DNA of 63,757 nucleotides, the filler included, from Octopus bimaculoides (Eukaryota): assembly GCF_001194135.2 (NCBI RefSeq). It is 5 parts of 3 records of this genome, joined end to end, with 100 filler letters (N's around TTAATTAATTAA, not from the genome) between each part and the next. Parts side by side here need not be neighbours in the genome. Positions count along the whole stretch, not along the records: positions 31,263 to 38,846 come from NC_069004.1; positions 38,947 to 45,836 come from NC_069004.1; positions 45,937 to 62,642 come from NC_068988.1; 2 more parts are not named here. The stretch is one strand, 5' to 3'. Positions 37,529 to 50,204 of this stretch are shown in pieces; position 1 is the first letter of the stretch, and each line of letters opens with the position of its first letter. The position numbers and the translations under genes were made by a program. Under the pieces are notes generated by a model. That model searched no databases. It saw nothing but the letters and a program-made list of their open reading frames with translations, and had not been told where the DNA came from.

Positions 37529-38005
37529 ATCTTGTCACACACTGATATATAAACGGTTTTTCAAAGATTTCTTGACACTGTCAGAATATTTGAATAAAGA
37601 CATTTTAAATTAAAAATTACACCCCAACCCACATACCCATATATACATATATGGTGTGGTGTTAAGCAAACATTAAGAGTACAACGGCCTTCTTTGTTTA
37701 ATGTGTTTTTAATGAAGGTTTCTTTTCATATTTTTCTCCGAGTTTCTTTCATTCTGTTTGATCATTAATATTCCTATATTCACTATTGATGTTCCTAAAG
37801 CTTCACGACGTCCTCTTCATGATAAACTGACTGTATTGTCACGACTGGAACTCCTTCTGAGATAAGACTGTCTGGTCGGGATCCATCTGGGATTAACTAA
37901 CAACAGCAATAACAACAACAGTAAAACCAAAGCCAACAGAAAGAACAGCAATAACAGTAACAATATCATCATTATTATTATTATTATTACTATTATTATT
38001 ATTAT

Positions 38006-38073
<68 letters not shown>

Positions 38074-39555
38074 TTATTATTATTATTATTATTTTATGTT
38101 TGACTATTATTATTATTATCATCATCATTATTATTATTATTATTATTGTCGCCGTCGGAATGGTTCCCGTCTTCAAAGCGAAAATGAAAATACAAAATTG
38201 AGGGTGTTAAATAAAATAAAATACAAGCATAATAACGAAATGAACGATAACAAGAACATGAAGAAGAACAAACTAAAAGTGGAACGAAGTTGAAAGAAAA
38301 AACAAAATGGTGGAAAATTTGGATAAATGAAAGAAAATAGCAAACAACTTAAAAAAAAAAAGCAACGTCAACAACAATAACCTAGTTTTGTATAAAATAT
38401 TTTAGGAGTTGGTGCAGGGGGATGTTTCTGTATATAAAAAGACTGAACATTAAAAACCATAAAGATAAAGGAAAAATAAATTAAATTTTAAGGAAAAAAT
38501 AAAAAATAAAATATGTATAAAAAGAAAAACCAGAAAAGAGTCGAAGCAGCAACAACAACAACAACAATAAACGAGGATAAACATTGAAGAGTAAATATGA
38601 CAGTGAAAACGTATAAGAGATTGAGGGATAACAGACGATAAGACAACAGGAATATTGACAACAATAACGACAACAACAGCAGCAGCAGCGGCAGCAGCAG
38701 CAGACAAAACAAAGACGACAACGAAAATAGGGGCAACAACAGAAACAAAGGCAACGTTTTAAAGTCTTGTTGTTGTTGTTCTAGTTCATGTTATTATTGC
38801 TGCTGCTGCTGTTGTTGTTGTTGTTGTTCTTCTTCTTCTTCTTGTTNNNNNNNNNNNNNNNNNNNNNNNNNNNNNNNNNNNNNNNNNNNNTTAATTAATT
38901 AANNNNNNNNNNNNNNNNNNNNNNNNNNNNNNNNNNNNNNNNNNNNAATCGTTGAAGCGCTGTGGCCGAAATGCTTAGCGATATTTCGTCCGTCTTTACG
39001 TTCTGAGTTCAAATTCCGCCGAGGTCGACTTTACCTTTCATCCTTTTGCGGTCGATAAAATAAGTACCAGTTGAACACTGGGGTCGATGTAATCGATTCA
39101 TCCCCTCCCCAAAAAAAACTGCTGCCCTTGTGGCAAAATTTGAAACCATTATTATTATTATTTTAACATCAAATTGATGTTTAATTCCGATTATTTTTCT
39201 ACCATTTTTTTTTTTTTGCAATTATTATTTTTGTACACTTTTTTTTGTCATGAGTAAGGAATTTGTACATTTTTCGGTATGACAGGTGATTTGGTTCCTT
39301 GTGTTCGTTCCAAGGCAGACATTAATTGTCTTAAAGCTATGTATATTAATGAAAATATTGTACATCTACGTTGTTCTTCCCACCCAACCACTCTACCGCC
39401 GCCCACTTCTATTCAAAGACTGAGTTCGTCGCTTGTCTCTTATTTAAAAAGATCGGGGTTTTTTTTGTTCTCTATTTAGAATACATTTATGTTTTCCTCT
39501 TATTTTCTACCTTACCAGAGTTGGCTTTCCTTTTCCTGTCTTCGAGATCCGACAT
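31307..39555 (-). CDS. Candidate spliced gene, 5' coding exons, unknown product
   Basis: Exons 39555-39516 (ATG; donor GTAAGG), 37886-37832 (donor GTCAGT), 34457-34414 (donor GTAACG), 34350-34334 (acceptor tcttctgtcctcag, donor GTGAGT) and weaker 31439-31307 join in phase to MSDLEDRKRKANSDGSRPDSLISEGVPVVTIQILPVPNSSHMYHLQVTIRNYSTALEGIKIKAVVEKKLADLEDCFYFADFHLSWGVLEHNTRDSR. Confidence 0.4.
33565..33690 (-). mobile_element. SINE family D fragment
   Basis: gggatgaaagggcaaagtcgacctcggccgaatttgaact...gacggacgaaatgccgct. Confidence 0.75.
33864..33893. repeat. Perfect 14-bp-arm inverted repeat
   Basis: gtccagcaaatttc tt gaaatttgctggac. Confidence 0.9.
38847..38946. other. Synthetic scaffold join
   Basis: 44N-TTAATTAATTAA-44N. 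Confidence 0.95.
38947..39160 (+). mobile_element. SINE family D, near full length
   Basis: ...gagttcaaattccgccgaggtcgactttacctttcatcc...ggggtcgatgtaatcga...aaatttgaaacc followed by an (ATT)n tail. Confidence 0.85.
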
Positions 39556-40190
39556 CTTTGAACAGTCTCTTTTCTTTCGTTCTATAACATTTTATACAAA
39601 ATGTCCATATAATTCTTTGTCTCTCTCTCTGACCGCCAACCTTTTGAAACAAAATGATTTATTTTCTATCAGCACGAGCTGCGACATCCTTAAAGATTTT
39701 CTTTGATTTTTTTTCACTCAATAATTATTTTGATTCTGTACAAAGAATTGGTTCTGTGCGTCTTCGAGCTCGGCAGATTAAATTTGTGTCTCCCAAATCT
39801 CCACTGTCTTTGAACAAATTGTTTAATTTTGTACTTTTCTTGTACGAAAGCCAATGTTATCAACGTCTGAAAGCTAAGACATCGCTGTACACATTGTTTA
39901 TTTTGTAATGATTATTATTATGATTATTATCATTATTTTGTACTAAAATTGAAATTATTTTTATTTCTTTCAAAAGAGAAATGTGTTAAAAAATTTAAAT
40001 CCTCTTTTATAATAATTTCGTCTTTCTGAAAATAAAAAAAAAGCAAAACAAGAGCAAAAAGCATTCAAGAATAATCAGAAAACAGTTTATGTATTTCTAT
40101 CAACGCAAGATAGACAGACGGACGGGGACACACAGACACACACACACATATACACATGTGCATGCATACAAACATGTGTGTACATATATA

Positions 40191-40253
<63 letters not shown>

Positions 40254-43115
40254 GTGTGTGATGGCGATAGCTTATTTATATTCTTACAAGATGAAAGTAA
40301 ACTGAAAATATCCAGACCTGTTTTCGAGGTTGCTAAGACCGAGCGAAAATAAGCGCCCGGCTCCAAACATTGACGACTTAAAAATCTGCTGCCAAAATGC
40401 CAAAGACCTGAACTTTCTTGTTGAAACAGATTGAATCTGATGAAATAAAGACACACAAGATGGTATCAAGTTGATATCAAGATGATATCAAGATGAGAGA
40501 AAAAAAGATAGACTACGAATCCCTGGAGGAGCAGCAGAACGGTAAGATAATGGAAAAAAGGAGATGCGAGGGAAAAGTCTCCAAAGAGTGCAATGGGAAT
40601 GGTTAGGAAGGTAGCAGGGAGTGTCTTGAAACAGATTGAAATGGAAATAATAATTAACCACTTCATTATCGCTGATTGCTGTTTCTTGTTTTAGTTCCAC
40701 CTCCTCCCCAAACCCGAAGCACGAAAGGCAAAGTTTATTTTTTTACACAATCTAGAATTATTGTTGTTATTGCTGCTGCTGTTGTTGTTGTTGTTGTTCC
40801 TGATCGAACCAAGACTTCTCAGAATGTTTCTGCAAAGGAATTTTCTTCCAACGATAAAACAAGCAAAAGAATGCTTTTCTCGGGGGATTTTAGTTTTGTT
40901 TTTGTTTTATTTTCGTATTATTTTTGTCTTTCAATTTTCACTGCTTTATTTATTGTTGTTGTTGTTGTTGCTGGTTCTGTTGAACAAACTCATAGTAAAA
41001 GACACTTCGCCATTTGCCTTGTCTTCGTTTAGCAAACGACTTCACTCTTCAATCTGCCTTTTCCGTTTCTTTTTTAAGACATTAATGTGACTTGAGATAG
41101 ATGAGGCTGCTATTTCTAGCTTTTAGAGTGACCACGTATTGATTTTCTCATTGGCTCCTGTTGTTGTTGTTGTTGTTGTTGTCCCTTTCCAATAATGTTT
41201 TGAGGAACATTATGAGTAACCTATTTAAAATATGCTCCTTAGACTATCAAACATCACTACCGACCAACGAATAATCAGACAATCTTCCAAATATTATAAG
41301 GATGCTCCAAACCCCCAAATGCAGTTTCAAAGAGAAAATTACGTATTTTGAGGAACTGCAGCCGACAGAAACAGCAAAATTAACATGGCCTGGAATAAAT
41401 CCTATTTCAAAGTTAACTGTAGTAATCCTAAGGCACAAACGTTCTCCTTATTTAAAAAATAATTCCATAAATACTACAAAGACTTCACTAAAATTACAAT
41501 TTAAAGTCTCTTATTCCATCAAACACAATTTTGGTTATATACACTTGCCCCATCCGATCTTCCTAAACGGGATCAGACAAATAACTGTTGTGTCGACGCC
41601 CCCAAGCGAAGAAGTAGGATCGCCCAAGACATATAAATAGAGGTAGTCTAGCCGTGGTAGTGGAGTTGAGTGACTGTTGAGTGGAGATCATCCAAAGGTT
41701 ATAGATAGCAGTAGCTTGAGACATAACAATAAAAAAGGGATTCAACTCCATGGACCCCACTGATTTCTCACTTACGTGATACCTCCAATCGTTCATTTTT
41801 TTAAACAATTTTTTATTCAGATTCATCAAGCGTTAGCTATCATAAGTGATTTCAATCCCCTCGTAAGGAATAAAATCAGCTGTTTCGAAGATTCGAAGAT
41901 GCGGAGCAGGGAAGTGTACACTGCATAGTCTAAGGAGAGCTATGGCTACATTTATGGATATTTTAAAGCTATGGGCAAGATTAAAGTAGATATGTTGAGG
42001 ATGCACTATGTATTTCATCTTATAGCTAAAACCATTCCTAAATGAATTTGTTTTGTAATTATTAAATATTTCTCCCCCGGTGACAGATTAGAAATGTATC
42101 TGCATGCCTGAACGCTTACAATATCGCAAACCATTATTAAAAGCAGTCTTTGAACATGAGACAAACAACCCCAACCAGAATGCAGTTTTCAGGAATGTGG
42201 TTCCGTGTCTTTGAATGTAAAATGTTTGTCAATAGAAACAGTATGCAAATTGGACGGAGGAAACGGCGGATGGAATAGTAAAAACGTTCATCGAATTATC
42301 TGGGAATATGTTTTACATTGTATTCCTATTCGTTTACAATGACAAATAAGCGTATTGCACTCCGACATTGAAATATATTCGGATTTTGATCGAAAGACTG
42401 TGGAGGGAGAAACCCATCGATTATTGCAGACATATAATATTTGTGGTAGGCATTGTCGGAAACGTGCTGCTAAAACTACTCAAGATTTTGCGTCTACCTG
42501 GCAGGATCTTAAACACACGTGAAGACAATTTATTGTCAATCATGTCTGCATGAAAAGCAATATAAGAGTCAAGTTTTGAAGTTTATTCCAGCACAAGTGA
42601 ATTTCGAACTCCAAACGCCCTGAGCACAGCCGATTCGTGTAGCATACAATTCATCACATAAAATCAAGTTGAAGTTTAAAATCTTTTAACTTCCCTCTTT
42701 CTTCAGAACGATCTGTTCATACCAGCAGAACGAGAGTCTACGAGGATGTCAAGAAAGTTACATAGAGAATTTTGCAATCAAGCCAAGCAAAATGATCTCC
42801 CCTTACAAAAATGTTCTCGTTTAGATTTGAATTGTCACACCTTACGTGTGACCACAGTGTTTGACAAAGAAACACTGAGGTACCTACGCTATCTTCCTTA
42901 CAGACACATTTTCATTACAGAAAAACATGGCCGTCTGATTGAACGAACGTTCGTGAAACGTTAGACAGGCGCAAAAAAACATCGTAAAAATACATGTGTG
43001 TGAGTGTATGTGTAGGGAGAGAGGATGTATTATGCGTTTATATATATATGTGTATATGACTGACCGCTAGCCACTAAATCTTTTCTATTTTCTCTCCCTG
43101 TTTATTTCCGTGTTC

Positions 43116-43151
43116 CTTTCTGTTGAAGGGCGTAGGCTCGAAACGTAAAAG
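43116..43151 (+). ncRNA. Degenerate minimal type I hammerhead (A6 to U) in a Penelope-like tail
   Basis: cttt-CUGUUGA-a-gggc gtag gctc-GAAA-cg-UA-aaag; stem III is the palindrome ACGU. Confidence 0.45.
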
Positions 43152-43553
43152 ACTTTCTCACTTCCCGAGCGTTAAACTAATACATCTGTTTGNNNNNNNN
43201 NNNNNNNNNNNNNNNNNNNNNNNNNNNNNNNNNNNNNNNNNNNNNNNNNNNNNNNNNNNNNNNNNNNNNNNNNNNNNNNNNNNNNNNNNNNNNNNNNNNN
43301 NNNNNNNNNNNNNNNNNNNNNNNNNNNNNNNNNNNNNNNNNNNNNNNNNNNNNNNNNNNNNNNNNNNNNNNNNNNNNNNNNNNNNNNNNNNNNNNNNNNN
43401 NNNNNNNNNNNNNNNNNNNNNNNNNNNNNNNNNNNNNNNNNNNNNNNNNNNNNNNNNNNNNNNNNNNNNNNNNNNNNNNNNNNNNNNNNNNNNNNNNNNN
43501 NNNNNNNNNNNNNNNNNNNNNNNNNNNNNNNNNNNNNNNNNNNNNNNNNNNNN

Positions 43554-44335
43554 TACAAAGGATTCCGCGGTACACGTGTTTCAAGCTTTATATGTGTATA
43601 ATTTACAATATAAAGCTATCCTCAGCCGCAAAATTGTTTCTCTCCCAGGAAATTATACCACATCGGCGTTAAAGTAGGAAGAAAGGTGTGATGTAAGAGG
43701 TGAAGATCCTTTCGGTATTCTGTATAGTACTATACCTCGTATAATTCTCCACCCACACATAATCTTTCCGGTCCTCCGAAAACCTTCCATACCTTGCTAC
43801 GATTCAGTGTGTAGTGTTAAGTTGGTGGTTAAGAACAATACAATAAAAAGACATACACAGATATTCATGTAAAAAAGTAAGAATAAACTTAAAATAAAAT
43901 AAAATTAAAAATTAAAAAATAAAAAATAAAGGGAATCAAATCGGTGGGGCGGGTAATCTAGGACGTAATAAGAGAAAGTCTGGATAGTCAAGTAAGCTAC
44001 ATCTAAGCTATTTAGATGGGTTGGTGAAGGGTGGTGAGGAACAATCTAAATGTAGAAGAAGAAGATAAAGTGATAAATAGAATAGATACAGAGATCTTAA
44101 AGGTCGTAAGGGATATATATGTATGAGCTGTGTCTGTCTATATCAGTGGTGGGTCGTAAATAAGAAGTGTCATGCCAGAATAGACTTGGAACATGAAACA
44201 TGAAACATGATATTCTTGTGGTGAGTGGTCAGTGGTCAACCTATAATTTATATGTATAAATTATACACATATAAAGTTTGAAACACGTGTACCGCGGAAT
44301 CCTTTGTAGTTTTGTTGTTATTTTTTGGATTTACA

Positions 44336-44340
<5 letters not shown>
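43554..44340. mobile_element. Penelope-like inverted pseudo-LTR structure
   Basis: 52-bp inverted repeat with 1 mismatch (43554-43605 / 44257-44308) overlapping the hammerhead; T-rich tail then (TA)n after the right copy. Confidence 0.55.
43562..43634 (-). ncRNA. Minimal type I hammerhead with palindromic stem III
   Basis: Minus strand: attttgcgg-CUGAGGA-u-agctttatat...atataaagct-u-GAA-ACACGUGU-A-ccgcggaat. Stem I 9 bp, stem II 10 bp with a U.U at its base, GUA cleavage triplet. Confidence 0.65.
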
Positions 44341-44377
<37 letters not shown>

Positions 44378-44479
44378 GCATATGTATATATATTTATACA
44401 TACATATATATCTACTATTCTTAAACAAGAATATTAATGACAGGGACATCGAAATTTCGGCCAGTTAAGATATCGTCGG

Positions 44480-45150
44480 CCCGCAATGCATGGAAGATAA
44501 TCTTGGCTTTATATAGTCTTTGTTAAGTAAAAAAAAAATCTCCCTTGGGTATGTGGGTTTGGGCGAAGCAGTAATCAGGCTTTCGGGTTGCTTGTTATGG
44601 AGAGGTGTTTTGGAGAAATATTTATCGGTTAAATTTGGTGTCGTGTTATTGTTTAGAATGTAATAGTGCACGAAGAACTTTGTAAGAAAACGTAGATATT
44701 TAGGTATACGACTTTTGTTCGGTAGACATGAATCACTAGTTTAGTTATTTTTAGTTTTATTAGATTTAGTCTTCTGCTTTGACAGTGTAAACGTCAATAA
44801 AACTAAGTTCAGTTTTTAAAAACTTAGCAATTGGGTGTGTCGACCTTTTCTTTAATGTGATTTTTGCGGGATTCCCAAATCTTATTTTCACAGATCTTTT
44901 GTGTCAGTAGACAATAAAAAAATTTTAATATACCCTCTGCCGACCTAACAAAAGTGACGAAACACCTGTATATATGCTGAACAAAGTCCTACATGTACGA
45001 ATAGGTTCTAACCAATAACATGACTCTAAATTCAGTCAAAACATATTCCTCTATGCCTTTCCATAACAACCCACCCAAAGGCCTGATTGCCACTCCACCC
45101 AAATCCACACCAACGAGTAAACATTTAAAGAACAGAGAGCTGGAACATAT
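44480..45150. repeat. Two diverged family F copies in inverted orientation (44480-44830 minus, 44940-45150 plus)
   Basis: tctaaccaataacatgactctaaatt...ccataacaacccacccaaaggcctgattgccactccacccaaatccacac aligns with the reverse complement of 44540-44660. Confidence 0.6.
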
Positions 45151-45836
45151 CCTGCAAAACATTCTCTCCAACCAACAGACTATTTGGCTTCTACGTGCTT
45201 GCGTGTGTGTGCGCGCGCACACACACACACAAACACCAAGGCACATATACCTCTACACACACATACCCACACGCACACGTACACAACACGTACGCACACA
45301 CACACAAATATACACAAGGCTTTGGTCGGCCTGAGGCCATAAGATATATATATGTAAGGGTCGACCGTGCGAACTCATAAAAGGAGCAATGGCGACGAAT
45401 GGAAAAACAGAGGACTCCCTTTATTTAAACGTGTCACACGGTCGAACATACAATTATATATCAAATAATGATATACATAATATGTTATGCGACGATAACA
45501 TAGATGACCAGTAATGAAAGACCACAACCGTATTAGATGAATAACAGATATATTTATTGTAGCGTTAAAGATGTATGTCTGTGTGAGAGTGTGAATGCGA
45601 CATATAAGAACATAATCAAAGACAGGCCGTCATACAAAGAAAAGTGTGTATGTGAGGGATACATGTGTGTATGAGTGTTTACAGCAGATAGAAAGAGTCA
45701 GTAAATGACACGTGAGCAATTATACCAGATCTTGGGTACACAATAAGAAAAGTTCTGTATGTGAAAGTGAGGGAGGCTGAGTTTGGCAGAGCTGATCACT
45801 AGTTGTGATGTCGAGGCATCGATGCCTAGCCGTGAT

Positions 45837-45936
45837 NNNNNNNNNNNNNNNNNNNNNNNNNNNNNNNNNNNNNNNNNNNNTTAATTAATTAANNNNNNNN
45901 NNNNNNNNNNNNNNNNNNNNNNNNNNNNNNNNNNNN
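45837..45936. other. Synthetic scaffold join
   Basis: 44N-TTAATTAATTAA-44N. Confidence 0.95.
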
Positions 45937-46000
<64 letters not shown>

Positions 46001-46856
46001 CTGTGTTTATCTGTATCAATATCTCCATATATATATAAGCCTGCATATATTTACCCACATACATATAAGGGTTTATAAATAAATAAATACATATAAGGGT
46101 GTATATATATATATATAGATAGATAGATACATATATTTATATACACATACATATTTAAATCTATACTCATGTATATACATAAGTATATATACATACACAC
46201 ATATATATATATACACATACAAACACACACCCATATACACACATGTATGTATGTATATATATATATATACATGTATATGTATATATATATATGTTTATGT
46301 GCATATATATATGTATGCATATATTCCAAAAGAAAAAATACAAAAAGATTGAGGTTTCAATCAAGAAAAGTTAAAAATGTAAAAATGTAACCCTCCCCTA
46401 CCTTCCGACCCCCCACCACCACCTAATACAAAAAGTACAAAAACAAAACACATATCTGTGTAAAGCTAATAAATCAATCATTATTGATAAAAGTGATTAA
46501 ACAAAAAAATTTCTATCTGACCAATCACAGACATGTAAATCAATCAAACCTGTCCGAACCATTATTTTATTCCAGGCGCCACCACCACCACCACCACCAC
46601 CACCACCACCATCACCACGAGCAGCCAGGTAAAAAAACCTCCCCCACCGTCTCTCCATAATCTTCAGCTTGGGTGGTGGTGGGGTTTGGAAGCTTCTGGT
46701 GGTGGAAAATTGTTTTAGGAGTTTATAGACGTAATGAATAGCTAAATTATTAAAATTCTCAATGACTGATGACTAACAATTAATCTTGAATCCATCTATC
46801 ATTCCAAAAAGCAAATACTAAATTAGGTACGTGCTTATCTGATTGACTATACTCAG

Positions 46857-47029
46857 ATCGGGTCTGGTGTGTGTGGGGGGAATGTGCCGTTGCGATGTGC
46901 TGTGGCATTCCCCATTTGTCGGTATATTCCTGGGTCCCCCAGGCGGCTCCTTCAGCATCATCTGCCATGACCATGTGGTCAACCAACAGGAACCAACAAC
47001 CCCACCAAATCCTCAGTGGAGAAAACATG
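46857..47029 (+). CDS. Candidate isolated internal exon
   Basis: GC-rich 173 nt, acceptor ttgactatactcag, donor G/GTAAGC. Two frames are open: (x)RVWCVWGECAVAMCCGIPHLSVYSWVPQ...PHQILSGENM or SGLVCVGGMCRCDVLWHSPF...QWRKH. Confidence 0.35.
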
Positions 47030-47209
47030 GTAAGCTGGGTCTAACTTGGAAAATCAAGCAATGTGGCCGAGCAGTCTGAGGTTGGTATGATTCAGATTCT
47101 ATCCTCTACCAAAGAGAAAAACACCACTGAGCTAGAAATAACAGCTAAAGGTCACTCAGATTACATTATTTACATTTGACAGATATTTGACCTCATCTTG
47201 TTTGTTGTT

Positions 47210-47255
47210 AACACAACGTTTCGGTTGATATACCCTCCAGCCTTCATTAGGTGTC
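47210..47255 (-). ncRNA. Degenerate minimal type I hammerhead (G5 to A)
   Basis: gacac-CUAAUGA-a-ggctg...caacc-GAAA-cg-UU-gtgtt; stems I and II form, ACGU palindromic stem III. Confidence 0.55.
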
Positions 47256-47359
47256 TTGGGGAAATTTCGAACCTCAAGTTTCATGAAGATGTATATAAGT
47301 GAAGAGCAACTAAGGAATGTATAAGGTGAGTGGGTGGGTAAGTTCACGAGATTGCGAAA

Positions 47360-47520
47360 GGAGAGTGGGAGGTGGGATTCTTTCAGTTTCCGTTTATCAT
47401 ATCTACTCACAAGGCTTCGGTTGATCTGGATGTTATAGTGGAAGACATTCAGGCAAGGTGCTGTGCAATGGAACTGAACTCAGGACCACTTGGTTGGAAA
47501 ACAAGCTTCTCAACCACTCA
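47360..47520 (-). mobile_element. SINE family A 5' half, diverged
   Basis: ttctttcagtttccg...ctcacaaggc...caaggtgc...ggaactgaac. Confidence 0.75.
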
Positions 47521-47614
47521 ACCTCTCTGAATTTGAAATGCAGCAGGAATCAAAGGAATGACAATTTGGACTGGAACCGAATTCTACCTTTGTTATATGA
47601 GAATTTAATTCTTC

Positions 47615-48003
47615 AAACTGAGTGAATTGGCAGGAGACCTCGGAATAGACCAAGAACAAGATGAAAGGATAGTATCCATAGACTCAATTTGTCAAACTTG
47701 GGAATCCAACAGGAAATTTTAATGACAGTTGCTTCTAATAGGACCTTATCAGAACCTATAAAAGAGGGGCTTTTGATAAGACTCTGCAGAGGAGGCACTT
47801 CTGAAAAGATCCTATAGAAGAGGGGGTTCTGATAGGACCTTATAGAAGAGGGGGTTCTGATAGGAACCTATACAAGTGCTTCTGATAACATTCTGCAGAA
47901 GAGGGGCTTCTGATAAGATCCTATAGAAGTGGTGCCTGAGGACTTTACCCCCATCCTCACATCCCTTCCAGGAATAGTGGGTGGAGAAGCTGGATGGATG
48001 GAT
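47615..48003 (+). mobile_element. RTE-like LINE 3' end interrupted by a minisatellite
   Basis: GRRPRNRPRTR*KDSI...LGI...VASNR, then after the repeats WCLRTLPP and a (TGGA)n tail. Confidence 0.55.
47745..47940. repeat. ~28-bp degenerate minisatellite, about 7 units
   Basis: Unit approx. tatagaagaggggttctgataggacct. Confidence 0.85.
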
Positions 48004-49078
48004 ATGCAACAGGAGAATTATGAAACAAGGAATTTACTAGAATTACAAGAGAACCAATTTAATGAACTGTAACTTCAAATCAACTGTTATTCTAGATTGT
48101 AGAATCTACCAAACTAGTACCATTTTTTTTTTTTGAATGATTTTATCAAAAATTCAGGAGAAAAATAAAAAAAGAATAAATAAACAATTATCAGCAGTTG
48201 TGAAATAAATAAATAAATAGATAAATGTAGGGAGATTGGCAAAGGGGTCGAAAAAAACTACGATAAAATGATATATATATGAAATGTAAGAAAATTATAA
48301 AAGAAAATTTTCACGAACAGTGTGTGAAGATGAATCTGGTAAATGTATTCAAAGAACGGATAGAAGGGAGAATACACACACGCACATACCCATTTCTACA
48401 CACATATATATACACATATACATACATATATATAGATATACACATACCCATTTCTACACACGTATATATACACATATACATACATATATATAGATGTATA
48501 CATACACAAATATACACACATATACATGCAGTGTAAGGTAACAGCTCAAAATGGTTTTAACCTTTTCTGGCAATTGATAATTTTATGCATGGCAACAAGG
48601 GTGAGGCTGAAAGGTCAGCAACTGACTGACTTTTATCTCCTCACCTAGATAAGAGGTCTAAAATGATTGAAGAGTTCTTTTATTGTAAAGAAACTAAGAC
48701 AAACCAATGGTCTCCCTTACATACCAAGCAAGGTTTGTGTGTGTGCGTGTCTGCGCTTATGTATGGATATATGCGTGTGTGATAAGATACTCGTTAAGTT
48801 TTCTTTCTCATAGACCAAAATGCATGCAACACATGATGTATGTGTTCGTGTAAGTTCATGGAAGAGATACGAATACACACACACACACACACTTGTACTT
48901 ATATATACATAAAAATAAGGAAAATAAATACGATTTTTTTTTTTTTTGGTTTCTCTTAACTGCATATATTTTACCAATGAACACATTTACATTTAATGTA
49001 ACAAATGTACTTTCTGAACAATTATTTATATATATTGTTGTACTTGGGGATGGTCATATTGCCAGTTTAGCCAATATT

Positions 49079-49136
<58 letters not shown>

Positions 49137-49194
49137 TATGTACATAAGTGTATATATATGTGTATCTATCTATACATATATTTATGTATATCTA

Positions 49195-49227
<33 letters not shown>

Positions 49228-49274
49228 GTATATATGTGTATTTATTGATCTATCTATCTATCTATCTATCTATC

Positions 49275-49308
<34 letters not shown>

Positions 49309-49415
49309 TATACAGGTAAACACATTCACATTTATATAGCATTGGTTTTATATATATATGTATACACACTCACATATACATATGTGTCTGTACATATACA
49401 AATATATGTAGGTAC

Positions 49416-49510
<95 letters not shown>

Positions 49511-50204
49511 CATATATATATTTGTATGTATAGATATGCATATAAATATATACATAAGTATATACCTACACATACATGGTATACATGCATACACATGTAT
49601 ACATATACGTGCATGTATCTCCACTGATGTGTATTTTTGCCATTCATGCATCTATAGATATGTGTGTTTGTGTGTGTGTGTGCGTATGCATGTGCATTCA
49701 CATATGCCCATCCGTACGTACAACCATACGTACTTGGCAATGAATCCATGCTTTTAAAAAATCAGTTAAAAACCAGACTAATAGATTTTTATAGTGAGTT
49801 ACTAGGAGACCACATGTTTGGAATAAAGAATCAGTAACGAGTTGTTTTCAATTGTTACCATTCTAATATAATGGCGCCTGAAAAATATATGTAAATTAAT
49901 GGACTCTTAACAACCTATTAATTCCTTTTCTTTTCTTCTGATTCTTTCATTTCATTTTATTTTTATTCATTGGAAATAATGTAGAAGTAATGTTGTAGAA
50001 TTGATAGATAAGAGCATTGGAATTCTATGGAACTTGGTTTTAAACAACTTCCATACTCTTCAGTTCTCTGCAAAAGAACAGAGTTTGGACCAGAGACTTT
50101 CATGCTATCAGAATGGCTTTTCTCAACCATTTTACTCGTATGGAAACTCACGAAAATTCTTCAATGTATCAGGACAGGATGCTCCTATCTTTTTATGTTT
50201 TGCT

